64,000 nt of DNA from an uncultured delta proteobacterium (GTDB lineage: Bacteria > Desulfobacterota > Desulfomonilia > UBA1062): the NCBI GenBank assembly GCA_963798485.1, contig CAWCTR010000005.1, positions 32,001-96,000 on the forward strand, given 5' to 3'. The notes under the pieces are model-generated. The model ran no database searches. It saw only the letters and a list, made by a program, of their open reading frames with translations, and was not told where the DNA came from. The position numbers and the translations under genes are program-made. Positions 21,301-30,389 of the stretch are shown piece by piece (within the stretch, counting starts at the first letter, position 1; every line of letters begins with the position of its first letter).

Positions 21301-21752
21301 CGGATAACACCGTTACCGTGAACGGTCTTCCGACCGAGGCCAATGACAACGCACGGGTTCAACCGCATACCACCAGGCTGACACTCCAATGCATGGACCA
21401 GCAGCAGAGCCTTGTGAATATGAACTATCCCGTATCCAAGACCCTCACATGGTCAAACGCCCGCTGCGGGGGTGTTATATTCTCCATCGAGGTCGGCAAT
21501 ATCACGCTGACGAAGAACTATGCAGGGCCTGAGGCCTTTGCCAAATTCCTTCTTGATTTTCCTGGTGGGCAGCACACCTTTTCCCCCGAAGACTTCCCTA
21601 AGGAGAGGGCGGCACTGAGGGGCCTGGGGATAAAGTATATTAAGGTACAGTACCGTTTCAGCGGACAGCAGGCGGTCATCAACCAAGCCAAGCCCTCCAT
21701 GAGCCAGCCCACAACGGTGCCCTTAAAGATTGCCAGATGTACGGCACAGTAA
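18309..21752 (+). CDS. tssM: T6SS membrane protein TssM/IcmF
   Basis: LPWYMVIGESASGKTT, CDWWF, IDTAGRY, PLNG, TKCDL, LRGIFFSS. Confidence 0.95.
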   Translation: MIKQILKYTVIGLSALLVCLFVFGVVLILNWPWWVGFFLLLGLIGIGIAGYLIRQIWIKKKEQQFVSRIVEQDEAYIKSLKDDEKKHVTDLQARFAEAVAALKGSHLKKLGNPLYVLPWYMVIGESASGKTTAIKSAKLSSPFAEMTQISGLSGTKNCDWWFFEQAVIIDTAGRYAIPVDEGRDKDEWQRFLNLLSKYRKKEPLNGLVVAVAADRLLEAGPEALEEDGRQIRRRVDELMRVLGSKFPVYVLVTKCDLIQGMTQFCGQLDDEILQQAFGAINHDLSIDYPGFIARSLHTIHERLTKLRLIIFHKLEAKYLDPALLLFPEEFSRLKTGCEAFMKGAFHVNPYQETPMLRGIFFSSGRQEGTPYSHFLKALGLIEDREVLPGTSKGLFLHDFFAKILPKERSLFAPTKQALAWDRLTVNLGLMAWVAIGIALCGMLSFSFVKNLGIMRGFPAEFTRPIELKGDMGQDLDTMDRYKGAVLTVHEKNGSWWIPRLGLTESRDAEARLKKNYCTLFDERFLALYDKQIASDIKGIGGADPRLGEYIVYLVHRINLLKARLNGQDLGPLLSRPMVALSSAGQSRQGAKRFMDLYSYRLLWEEDGENLKKESDYLEGLLTEAMDKAQNLQWITAWINAGAPEAAVTLKGFWGGSINAATDVRVEPAFTLAGKGQIDAFLVDLESAITNASAISSRKTEFNTWYRDTYCEAWHAFGLGFGKGMERLNGSREWQGLAAKAASKDGLYFSLLKRMADELRPFNQDPMPEWMRFVYEFEKTQVVATQVQTGAFAQATETASKLKEKIQEKIGNQKPLDAVGQGFDAARALGEYQGALNKIASVVTKSRVSAFQTASAAFSDDPSTSPFMAAQSARSRLNAASGIPGEGLWRLVYGPFEFLWAYTCQETACHLQGAWEKEVLVDVQGISDTSQLNQLLFSPEGLATKFIKGPAAPFVSRDLRRGYYAKEVYSRSIPFETSFLRFYSGAKVGLPAAAMAAASDNTVTVNGLPTEANDNARVQPHTTRLTLQCMDQQQSLVNMNYPVSKTLTWSNARCGGVIFSIEVGNITLTKNYAGPEAFAKFLLDFPGGQHTFSPEDFPKERAALRGLGIKYIKVQYRFSGQQAVINQAKPSMSQPTTVPLKIARCTAQ

Positions 21753-22438
21753 AACAGACATCCGCGTGGGTCTGGGGGGCATCCGGCAAGCACCCCGTAG
21801 TGAAGGACTATATAAGGCTTGGCCGCCAGACCCCGCTCATAAATGCCTTTTCGCGCTGGATTGAGGAGGGGTACCGGAAGGTGAGCAGTAATACGCCCCG
21901 GCATTCCTGGCGTTTTTTTGCCAAGGGGATGAAGCCTGAAGAGCTGTCCTGCGGGCTCATAAGGGACAGTCATGACGGTGCCGGAAGGCCTTTTCCTCTA
22001 CTCATCATGGGATCAGGCGTGCTGGAAAAATGGGAGCGGAGCTGGGAATATCTCCCTCATGCCCTGTCTGACCTCTGGGAGCGCATGGAATATATCAGCG
22101 CCAAGAGGATCTTCGACCTCTCCGATCTCAAGGGAGAAATCATGCGTCTGCCGGCGCCACCCCTGCCCGAGCGGGAAAAGGTGGTTGATGAATACGGGCC
22201 GAGCCCCATACCGGAGAAGCAAGACGGCATGCTCGCCATACCGCTGTCCGCAGCAGGAGACTACAGTGAGGAGATTGTTCACCTGCTCAGGCGCATTAGT
22301 GAAAGGCAGCATGCAGTGCCGGATGCAGTCTTCATGGGCGGGACGCTTTCGAGGTCATTCCTTGTGGCGTTTTTCAGGTCTGTCGGCGCAGAAGACCTTG
22401 TGAGGTTGTGGAGTGTAGATGAGAATGGTGAATTGTAG
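21737..22438 (+). CDS. tagF: TagF-family protein
   Basis: GKHP...DY and SHDGAGRPFPL motifs; follows tssM. Confidence 0.85.
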   Translation: MYGTVKQTSAWVWGASGKHPVVKDYIRLGRQTPLINAFSRWIEEGYRKVSSNTPRHSWRFFAKGMKPEELSCGLIRDSHDGAGRPFPLLIMGSGVLEKWERSWEYLPHALSDLWERMEYISAKRIFDLSDLKGEIMRLPAPPLPEREKVVDEYGPSPIPEKQDGMLAIPLSAAGDYSEEIVHLLRRISERQHAVPDAVFMGGTLSRSFLVAFFRSVGAEDLVRLWSVDENGEL

Positions 22439-22496
22439 GAGCGGCTTCAGCCGCGATAGGTTTTTCTATCGGATAGCGACTGAAGTCGCTCCTACA
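22434..22496. repeat. GTAG-type REP doublet supplying the tagF stop codon
   Basis: REP at 22434 plus inverted ATAGCGACTGAAGTCGCTCCTACA. Confidence 0.8.
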
Positions 22497-22566
22497 CCTT
22501 AATTTTACCACTAATCACTTTCTTTCCCATATTGATTATGATAGATAAACTCAGAGGTTACTTGAT

Positions 22567-23370
22567 ATGACGGCAAAAGATCTCATGAAGGCAGGCCGTC
22601 TTTCTGATGCCCGCAGGGTATTGATCGAGGAAGTTAAATCTGCACCTACGGATGTGGGCAAGAGGACGCTCCTATTCCAAGTGCTTGCCATGGGCGGTGA
22701 GTGGGATAAGGCCCTGATCCATCTCGATATGATCTCCACCCAGGACCCAAGTAGGACCGTCGGGGCGCATACCTACCTGAACATCATAGAGGCTGAGAAA
22801 GAGAGGCTCAAGGTCGTGCAGCGCATACGGCAGCCCTCAGTCCTTCCCGAGCCCCCCGCATACATCGGAATATATCTGGATTACCTCGACGCCTTAAAGG
22901 CCGGTAAGTTCGCAGATGCGAAGGGCCTCATTGAGGAGATCGAAAAGAATAAACCAATGGTCTCAGGAACGCTTGACTCAAAAAAGTTTGATGGGTTTTC
23001 CGATACCGATGCGCGGCTCTATCCATTCCTTGAGGCATTCGTCCATGAACGTTACGTGTGGATACCCTTCGAGGCCATCCGGGAACTGGTGATCCAGGAG
23101 CCCAGGACGTCTTTTGATCTCATCTGGGTCATGGCGAACATCACCACGTGGGAGGGGCTCACCATGAACTGCTGCCTGCCTGTAGTGTACCCCGAGACCT
23201 TCCTATGCGAAAACGAGCAGGCAAAGCTGGGCAGGCTCACCGATTGGGTGTCTCTGGGCGGTGGTTTCTCCAAGGCTATCGGCCAGCATGTCTTCCAGGT
23301 GGGGGACGAAGAAACGGCCATCCTGGATATCAGGGAAGTTACTTTTCAACTTGAAGGCGGACAACCATGA
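22567..23370 (+). CDS. tagJ: TagJ/ImpE (SciE) accessory protein
   Basis: VKSAP.D...R.LLFQ.L...GEW; FSDTDARL.PFLE; YVWIPF; LGRLTDW; GQH. Confidence 0.9.
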   Translation: MTAKDLMKAGRLSDARRVLIEEVKSAPTDVGKRTLLFQVLAMGGEWDKALIHLDMISTQDPSRTVGAHTYLNIIEAEKERLKVVQRIRQPSVLPEPPAYIGIYLDYLDALKAGKFADAKGLIEEIEKNKPMVSGTLDSKKFDGFSDTDARLYPFLEAFVHERYVWIPFEAIRELVIQEPRTSFDLIWVMANITTWEGLTMNCCLPVVYPETFLCENEQAKLGRLTDWVSLGGGFSKAIGQHVFQVGDEETAILDIREVTFQLEGGQP

Positions 23371-24644
23371 AGAAAAAGATCTTTGATATGGATGCAATCC
23401 TGGCCCCCATACCCGGAGACAATCCTTCCGGCGAGGATATGCGCTATTCGGCCGTCTACGAGCAGATCAAAGAGGCGAGACGGGCAGATGACCTGCTCGA
23501 TCAGGGTGACTGGCAGCGCGATGTGAAAAAATCCGACTGGGATGTGGTGATCAAGGTATCATCGGAGGCGCTCCAGAAAAAGACCAAGGACCTCCAGATC
23601 GCAACTTGGCTCACCGAGGCCCTGATAAAGAAGGGGGGGTTTGCGGGCCTTTCGGATGGACTTGCCATCATCATGGCATTCATAAACGATTATTGGGATA
23701 CCCTGTATCCCTTGCCTGAGGAGGGAGACCTTGAATACCGGATTGGGCCCCTGGAATTTCTCAACGACAAGATTTCTCCTTCCATCAAGGACATCCCCAT
23801 AACAGAACCCAAGACCACGAACGGCTATTCCTGGCACCAGTGGCAGGAGTCCCGGCAGGGAAAAGCAGAAGAAGGCAAGCTGGCAGCGGAAGATTTCAAT
23901 GCCGCAGTAAGCAAATCCTCAAGGGACTTCTATATAAACCTGGCCAGGGAAACAGATGCATGCATGGATGCCTTTTCAAGGCTGGATGCCCTTGTGGATG
24001 CGAAGTTCGGGCAGGACGCCCCAAGGCTCTCCGAGCTGAAAAAGGCAATTGAGGACTGTGGGCATGTCGTGAATGATATCCTTGCGGGAAAGGGGGGCCG
24101 TCCTGCCGGACCTGGAGATGAAACGGCAGGCGACGACCAGCCCGTAAGCCCGCTACAGGAGGACCGGATGGCAGCTGAACCCGATGGGATGGCCCAGGGC
24201 GGGGCCGGGAAGGTCTCTGCCGCACTCGGGCAGGTAACGGATCAGGGGGATTTCGAAGGGGCCTTATGGAAAGAGGCGCAGGAGACCCTGAAGGCAGCCG
24301 GCATAAAGGCGGCGCTTTCAAAATTGCTCAACGCGTCATACACCGCCTCATCCATACGCCAGCGGAACCGGTACCGGCTCATGATGGCCAACCTTGCCCT
24401 CCAGGCCAAGAGGCCTGACATCTCACGGCCCATCGTAGAAGAGCTCTATGCCCTTATAGGAGAGTTCCATCTTGAAGAATGGGAATCGTCCGTATGGATT
24501 GCCGAGGTGATCGAGGCCTACTTCCAATGCCTTACGGCCGAGGGCTCCCCTGATGAAGACATTTCAAAGGCGTATGGTGAGCTTTATCCGAAGCTCTGTT
24601 CCAAAGATATAACCAAGGCGTTGTCATATAAGAAAGGAGGATAA
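23367..24644 (+). CDS. tssA: T6SS TssA
   Basis: LAPIPGDNPSGEDMRY..IKEAR, KTKDLQIATWL ImpA_N domain. Confidence 0.93.
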   Translation: MKKKIFDMDAILAPIPGDNPSGEDMRYSAVYEQIKEARRADDLLDQGDWQRDVKKSDWDVVIKVSSEALQKKTKDLQIATWLTEALIKKGGFAGLSDGLAIIMAFINDYWDTLYPLPEEGDLEYRIGPLEFLNDKISPSIKDIPITEPKTTNGYSWHQWQESRQGKAEEGKLAAEDFNAAVSKSSRDFYINLARETDACMDAFSRLDALVDAKFGQDAPRLSELKKAIEDCGHVVNDILAGKGGRPAGPGDETAGDDQPVSPLQEDRMAAEPDGMAQGGAGKVSAALGQVTDQGDFEGALWKEAQETLKAAGIKAALSKLLNASYTASSIRQRNRYRLMMANLALQAKRPDISRPIVEELYALIGEFHLEEWESSVWIAEVIEAYFQCLTAEGSPDEDISKAYGELYPKLCSKDITKALSYKKGG

Positions 24645-24646
24645 AG

Positions 24647-25174
24647 ATGGCTAAGAAAGAGAGTTTGCAGCATACCCTTGACAGGGTGAGGTCCCCCAGG
24701 GTCCAGATCACCTATGATGTGGAGATAGGGGATGCTATCGAGAAGAAGGAGATCCCGTTTGTCGTGGGTGTATTGGGCGACTTTTCCGGCAAGCCTGACG
24801 AACCTCTACCCAAGATGAAAGACCGGAAATTCGTCGAGATCGACCGGGACAACTTCAATAAGGTGCTTGAAGGCATGAAACCCAGGGTGGCGTTCCGTGT
24901 CGATAACAAGCTCGCAAACGACGGTTCCCAGCTGGCCGTTGACCTCCGGTTCAAGTCCATGGACGATTTTCATCCCGAGAACGTTGCGGAGCAGATAACA
25001 CCATTGAAGAAGCTTGTTGAAGCACGGAAGCGTCTTTCCGACCTTCTCACCAAGCTTGACGGCAATGACAAACTCGACGAGCTGCTCCAGGATGTCATCT
25101 CAAATACGGACTCGCTGAAGAAACTCGGTGATGAGGCCGGGGTGGGAACTGCGGAAGAAGACAAGAAGGAATAA
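24647..25174 (+). CDS. tssB: Sheath small subunit TssB
   Basis: RVRSPRVQITYDVE, PFVVGVLGDFSG, IDRDNF, DDFHP. Confidence 0.97.
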   Translation: MAKKESLQHTLDRVRSPRVQITYDVEIGDAIEKKEIPFVVGVLGDFSGKPDEPLPKMKDRKFVEIDRDNFNKVLEGMKPRVAFRVDNKLANDGSQLAVDLRFKSMDDFHPENVAEQITPLKKLVEARKRLSDLLTKLDGNDKLDELLQDVISNTDSLKKLGDEAGVGTAEEDKKE

Positions 25175-25190
25175 AGGGGGGGTGAGCTGT

Positions 25191-26678
25191 ATGCCTGATA
25201 AGGAAAAATCAACGGAGCAAGCAAAGGGTGAAGTAGTCCAGGAGGAAAAGGGTCTCCTGGATCAGATAATCGACGAGGGACGCATGGCGCGTGATGAGAG
25301 CCAGCGTGCCCGTGCCAAGGACCTCATCAGCGAGTTTGTCGCCCAGATCACGGAAGGCGCCATGGCCGTGTCCAAAGACACAGAGGCCATGATCAATGCC
25401 AGGATAGCGCAGATAGACAGATTCATCTCCGCCCAGCTCAACGAGGTCATGCACCATCCGGACCTCCAGAAGTTGGAGGCATCGTGGCGCGGGCTGTTTT
25501 ACCTGGTGAATCAAAGCGAGACGGGCGAGACACTCAAGATCAGGGTAATGAACGTCTCGAAAAAGGACCTGCTCAAGGACATGGAGAAGGCATCGGAGTT
25601 CGACCAGTCCATGCTGTTCAAGAAGATCTACGAAGAGGAATTCGGCATGTTCGGCGGCGCCTCATACGGGGCGCTCATCGGCGACTATGAGTTCAGCAAC
25701 CATCCACAGGACCTCTCCCTGCTGGAGAAGGTGTCGCAGGTTGCCGCAGCGGCTCACGCCCCCTTCATCTCCGCCGCCTCTCCCCAGATGTTCAATCTGG
25801 ACAGCTACACCGATCTGGGCCAGCCCCGCGACCTTGCAAAGATCTTCCAGAGCGTGGACTATGCAAAGTGGAAGTCATTCCGTGATTCGGACGACGCCAA
25901 GTACGTGGCGCTGGTGCTTCCCCATACCCTGGGCAGACTGCCCTACGGCCAGGCCACCGAGCCCGTGGAGGCCTTCAACTACGAAGAGGATGTGGACGGA
26001 ACCGATCACAGCAAGTATCTGTGGAGCAATGCGGCATGGGCCTTCGCCACGCGGCTGACCGAGGCCTTTTCCAAATACAGCTGGACCGCTGCCATACGCG
26101 GCGTCGAAGGAGGCGGTTTGGTGTCGGGTCTGCCGGTCCATACCTTCAAGACCGATGAGGGCGATGTGGCCTTGAAGTGCCCCACCGAGATCGCCATCAC
26201 GGACCGGCGGGAAAAAGAGCTTGCAGACCTCGGTTTTGTGCCGCTCGTCCACTGCAAGGGCACCGACTATGCGGCATTTTTCAGCACCCAGTCGGCGAAC
26301 AAACCCAAGAAGTTCAGCAGCGATGCGGCGAACGCAAATGCCCGGATCTCTTCACAGCTGCAGTACATCCTGGCCGTATCCCGGTTCGCCCACTATATGA
26401 AGTCCATCATGCGCGACAAGGTCGGCAGCTTCATGACCCGCCAGAATGCACAGGATTTCCTGAATAAATGGATCAGCCAGTATGTGCTTGGCGATGCGAA
26501 TGCAGGGCAGGAGATGAAGGCGAGATTTCCCTTAAGCGAGGCGCGCATCGATGTGGCAGAGATCCCGGGGAAGCCGGGGGCATACCGGGCCGTGGCCTTC
26601 CTGAAGCCGCATTTCCAGCTCGACGAGCTTTCCGTATCGCTGCGCCTGGTGGCGAATCTCCCGCCCCCGGCCAAGTAA
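25191..26678 (+). CDS. tssC: Sheath large subunit TssC
   Basis: LEASWRGL, AAAAHAPFI, GRLPYG, IRGVEGGG, SRFAHY, PHFQL. Confidence 0.97.
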   Translation: MPDKEKSTEQAKGEVVQEEKGLLDQIIDEGRMARDESQRARAKDLISEFVAQITEGAMAVSKDTEAMINARIAQIDRFISAQLNEVMHHPDLQKLEASWRGLFYLVNQSETGETLKIRVMNVSKKDLLKDMEKASEFDQSMLFKKIYEEEFGMFGGASYGALIGDYEFSNHPQDLSLLEKVSQVAAAAHAPFISAASPQMFNLDSYTDLGQPRDLAKIFQSVDYAKWKSFRDSDDAKYVALVLPHTLGRLPYGQATEPVEAFNYEEDVDGTDHSKYLWSNAAWAFATRLTEAFSKYSWTAAIRGVEGGGLVSGLPVHTFKTDEGDVALKCPTEIAITDRREKELADLGFVPLVHCKGTDYAAFFSTQSANKPKKFSSDAANANARISSQLQYILAVSRFAHYMKSIMRDKVGSFMTRQNAQDFLNKWISQYVLGDANAGQEMKARFPLSEARIDVAEIPGKPGAYRAVAFLKPHFQLDELSVSLRLVANLPPPAK

Positions 26679-26840
26679 CTTTGGCGGGCTTATCCGCCAA
26701 AGGCTTATCCGTGAGGCAAGTCGGTCTTGCATCGCCGGTACCTCTGAGGCGGCCCAGGACAGGAACGGGGATCAACGGTTGGTTGAGGCAAGGGCTTTTG
26801 AGAGGTCCTTCATAAAAAGAGAGATCAGGAGGATAGTACG

Positions 26841-27326
26841 ATGGCAGTAGACATGTTCATTAAGGTCGGCGATATCAAGGGAGAGTCAACTGACGCGAAG
26901 CACAAGGGCGAGATCGACGTGCTGGCATGGAGCTGGGGAGTAACGCAGTCCGGCAACATGCACGGCGGCGGCGGAGGAGGGTCCGGGAAGGCGAACGTCC
27001 AGGACCTGTCCTTCACAAAATACGTTGACACAGCCTCCGCAGGGCTGATGAGGGCGTGTGCGATCGGAGATCATATCCCCAAGGCCACCCTGGTTGTGAG
27101 GAAGGCCGGGGGGAAGAGCCCTGTCGAGTATATCAAGATAGAACTGGATGGGCTCATCGTTTCATCGGTTTCGACCGGCGGGTCGGGCGGAGAGGACAGG
27201 CTGACCGAAAACGTCACGCTGAACTTTGCAAAGATCAATTACCAGTACGTGAGCCAGAAGGCGGACGGCAGTCCGGACGCGACGTTCCCATTCTCGTATG
27301 ATATCAAGCAATCCGAAGCTGCGTGA
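26841..27326 (+). CDS. hcp: Hcp tube protein
   Basis: IKGESTD..HKGEIDVLAWSWG, DLSFTKYVD, ENVTLNF. Confidence 0.97.
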   Translation: MAVDMFIKVGDIKGESTDAKHKGEIDVLAWSWGVTQSGNMHGGGGGGSGKANVQDLSFTKYVDTASAGLMRACAIGDHIPKATLVVRKAGGKSPVEYIKIELDGLIVSSVSTGGSGGEDRLTENVTLNFAKINYQYVSQKADGSPDATFPFSYDIKQSEAA

Positions 27327-27796
27327 ACAACGAGAACCTCAAGACACAGACATCGGTTCTGGACAGGCTCATGGACTATGAACCAGGCGTTTCACGAGAG
27401 CCTGTGCAGAACCGTTTGGCGGATTACCGGCAGTTGATGGCCTCGGTGAGGAGAGACCTCGAGAACCTGCTCAATACGAAGAACTTCGTATCCTCCCTGG
27501 CCGCCGAGTACAAGGAACTGCAGAACTCACTCTTTGTTTACGGCCTGCCGGATTTCACGGCGCAGAACCCCAAGAATGCATCCGTCAGGGACCAGCTCCG
27601 CCAGGAAGTGGAGATGGCGATCTTGCGGTTCGAACCGAGGATAGCCAATGTCATGGTCGTCAGCGAAACCGATGCCGGCGATTTCAGGACACTCGGCTTC
27701 AGGATCACCGGGTTATTGATGGTCGACCCCATGCCGGAACCCATAACCTTTGACACGCGGTTCGACATCAACAAGGGCGAGTATACCATAAAATAA
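27323..27796 (+). CDS. tssE: Baseplate TssE
   Basis: SVLDRL, VRRDLENLLNT, YGLPD, FEPRI. Confidence 0.95.
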   Translation: MNNENLKTQTSVLDRLMDYEPGVSREPVQNRLADYRQLMASVRRDLENLLNTKNFVSSLAAEYKELQNSLFVYGLPDFTAQNPKNASVRDQLRQEVEMAILRFEPRIANVMVVSETDAGDFRTLGFRITGLLMVDPMPEPITFDTRFDINKGEYTIK

Positions 27797-27800
27797 AATC

Positions 27801-29600
27801 ATGGATGACGAACTCCTCAGATACTATGAGCAGGAACTGACCTTTGTCCGGAGGATGGGAGAGGAGTTTTCGAAGAAATATCCCAAGGTCGCGTCCCGGC
27901 TTCTGCTTGAGCCTGGCAAGTGCGACGACCCGGGCACGGAACGCCTCATCGAGGCGTTCGCCTTTATCGCCGGCAGGATCCACAAGAAGATCGACGACAA
28001 CTTTCCCGAGCTGACCGAGTCTCTTCTCAGCATAATCTATCCGCACTATACCAGGCCTGTCCCATCCATGTCCGTGGTGGAATTTCAAACCCAGAAAAAG
28101 TCCGTCCCGCCGCAGGGGTACCGGATCGACAAGGGCACCCCGCTGTATTCAAGGCCGGTCGGCGGTATACCCTGCCAGTTTACGACCTGCTATCCGGTCA
28201 CGCTCTGGCCGCTGGAGGTGGTTTCCGCAGGCCTACGCGACCCCAGGCACGGTGTCAGAAACGCCCAGCAGGCCCTTGTCCTGCAGCTGAAGACCGAAGA
28301 CGGGCTCAAACTTTCCCAGCTGGCCATAGAGGAGCTCAGGTTCTTCCTGGGCGGCCCTTCCCAGCAGATGTTCCCCCTGTATGAGGTTTTGGGCAACAAT
28401 GTATGCCAGGTGATCTATGAGTTCCGCAATCAGCAGGGAGGAATTGAGAGCCTTGCGCTGGGCCCTGAGGGCCTGGAACCGGTGGGACTCTCCCCCGAGG
28501 AGACCCTCATGTCCTACCCGGAAAGGAGCTTTCCCGGGTACGGACTGCTCTTGGAGTATTTCTGCTTCCCCGAGAAGTACCTCTTCTTCACCCTGAAAGA
28601 CCTCGATAGAGTGAGGGCAAAGGACCCCACTGATACGCTTGAAGTATGGCTGTATCTGGATAAACCTGCAAAGTCGAATATATCTCTCAGACCGGAAAAC
28701 TTCCTCATCCATACAACCCCTGCCATCAACCTGTTCAGGCGCATTGCAGAGCCGGTATGGGTGGAACATACGAAGACAGAGTATCTGGTTGTCCCGGACG
28801 CCAGGAGATCCCAGGGGACCGAGGTATACAGCGTGGACGCCGTGAGCGTGTCTTCCGAAGGCCGAGAAGAGACCCTGGAGTTCCATCCCTTCTATTCGAT
28901 TCGGCATCACCTGGAAGGTGATGAGAAAGGACAGATGGCATTCTGGCGTTCTGAAAGGAGGCCTTCTAATAGAAAGGGCGATGACGGGACCGATGTATAC
29001 ATCTCGTTTACCGACTGGGCGTTGAAGCCCGTGGACCCCGGGGTCGAGACCCTCATGCTGAACGTGACGTGCACCAACCGGGACCTGCCCGGCAGGCTGC
29101 CGTTCGGCGATGCCGAGGGCGATTTCGAGATGGAGCTTTCCGCACCCGTGGAGAAGACCCTGTGCCTGGTGAAGCCGACACCGACCCGGAGACCGGCTCT
29201 CGGGGCCGCGCTCCAGTGGAGGCTCATCTCGCATCTGGCGCTGAACTACCTCTCCATCACCGAAGGGGGAGAGGATGCCCTCAAGGAGTTGCTGAAGCTC
29301 TACGACTTTGATGATTCCCCTGCCACGAGGCAGCAGATAAACGGGCTCACCGGCCTGAAATCGGCCTATGTCACCAGGAGGATAGGGCAATCGTTCTGCC
29401 GCGGGATGCAGGTCACCCTGGAATTCGATGAGGACAAGTATGTCGGCTCCGGGCTTTACCTCTTTGCGTCGGTGCTGGAACGGTTCCTGGCCCAGTATGT
29501 CTCCATCAATTCCTTTACCCAGTTGACGGCAAAAACCCTCCAGAGGAAGGAACCGCTGCATATATGGCCACCAAGAAACGGCAACCGGATACTTCTTTAG
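27801..29600 (+). CDS. tssF: Baseplate TssF
   Basis: YYEQEL, ERLIEAFAF, EYFCFPEK, WRLISHLALNYLS, SINSF. Confidence 0.97.
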   Translation: MDDELLRYYEQELTFVRRMGEEFSKKYPKVASRLLLEPGKCDDPGTERLIEAFAFIAGRIHKKIDDNFPELTESLLSIIYPHYTRPVPSMSVVEFQTQKKSVPPQGYRIDKGTPLYSRPVGGIPCQFTTCYPVTLWPLEVVSAGLRDPRHGVRNAQQALVLQLKTEDGLKLSQLAIEELRFFLGGPSQQMFPLYEVLGNNVCQVIYEFRNQQGGIESLALGPEGLEPVGLSPEETLMSYPERSFPGYGLLLEYFCFPEKYLFFTLKDLDRVRAKDPTDTLEVWLYLDKPAKSNISLRPENFLIHTTPAINLFRRIAEPVWVEHTKTEYLVVPDARRSQGTEVYSVDAVSVSSEGREETLEFHPFYSIRHHLEGDEKGQMAFWRSERRPSNRKGDDGTDVYISFTDWALKPVDPGVETLMLNVTCTNRDLPGRLPFGDAEGDFEMELSAPVEKTLCLVKPTPTRRPALGAALQWRLISHLALNYLSITEGGEDALKELLKLYDFDDSPATRQQINGLTGLKSAYVTRRIGQSFCRGMQVTLEFDEDKYVGSGLYLFASVLERFLAQYVSINSFTQLTAKTLQRKEPLHIWPPRNGNRILL

Positions 29601-29611
29601 CTTCCCGGCTT
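29536..29611 (+). repeat. 76-bp direct repeat, copy 1 (tssF 3' end / ancestral tssG start)
   Basis: Ungapped match to 30314-30389; 13 mismatches by manual count. Confidence 0.9.
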
Positions 29612-29696
29612 ATTGACGGGGTTTACCGGTTTAGCTTCCCTTTTTCCCCATTCTTCATGAATCGTGAAGAACCATTCATACAAGAGGAGGATATGT

Positions 29697-30203
29697 ATGT
29701 CATACAACCTTTGGAAAGCAGATGATCCGAAAGAAATCAAAGAACAAGAATATGCAATTGCTTCGGAAATAAAGTTTGGCCACTTCACTTCCTGCCTTGG
29801 AGTGATAGGAAAAGCAGGAGGTTCTCTGTATGCTGTGCATTTGGTAAAGAGCGGAGTGCTATGGAAGGAGATGTATGGGCTAACTTTGTATAAAGGCAAA
29901 CCAGTTAAACTAGATACCTTTGATACGACCGTAGCCGCTAATGTATTATCAATATTTCCACAGGAACTCGAACAAGTAGTCGTGGTGGGGTTTATAGACG
30001 AATGGAGAAATAAAGCAGCCTTTGGCATGGCGAAAGGGAAACAGATCGATGCGGAAGCCTTCACCAGGCAGGCAGCATTTAACAAACTACTCGGAGTACT
30101 AGGTACCAGAACAAACAGCACTATTCTGGAGTACACGTGGGCTGAAGCGAACTATGCTGCCAAAATAAGCGAGGACGGTCATGATATCGAAATGCTATAT
30201 TGA
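29697..30203 (+). CDS. Inserted hypothetical protein, candidate CNF1/CheD-like Cys-His deamidase
   Basis: GAGGAGG RBS; more AT-rich than flanks; motif FTSCLGVIGKAGGSLYAVH. Function is inference. Confidence 0.7.
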   Translation: MSYNLWKADDPKEIKEQEYAIASEIKFGHFTSCLGVIGKAGGSLYAVHLVKSGVLWKEMYGLTLYKGKPVKLDTFDTTVAANVLSIFPQELEQVVVVGFIDEWRNKAAFGMAKGKQIDAEAFTRQAAFNKLLGVLGTRTNSTILEYTWAEANYAAKISEDGHDIEMLY

Positions 30204-30313
30204 ATGGCGTGAAATCTTTATCCTTGACAGTCCTTAGTTGACTTGATGCCTTTCCCTGATTTCACGACCTCTCATATCCAATTCGATGATAACTACTACT
30301 AATACATTACCTG

Positions 30314-30389
30314 CCCTCAAGAGGAAAGAGCCTCTGCACACATGACAGCCAAGAAACGACAATCGGATACTTCTTTAGTCTCCCGGCTT
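30314..30389 (+). repeat. 76-bp direct repeat, copy 2 (contains tssG start)
   Basis: Matches 29536-29611. Confidence 0.9.

Noticed and set aside
28233-29561. 442-aa antisense ORF
   Set aside because: Shadow of tssF; expected from GC-rich codon bias; no motifs.
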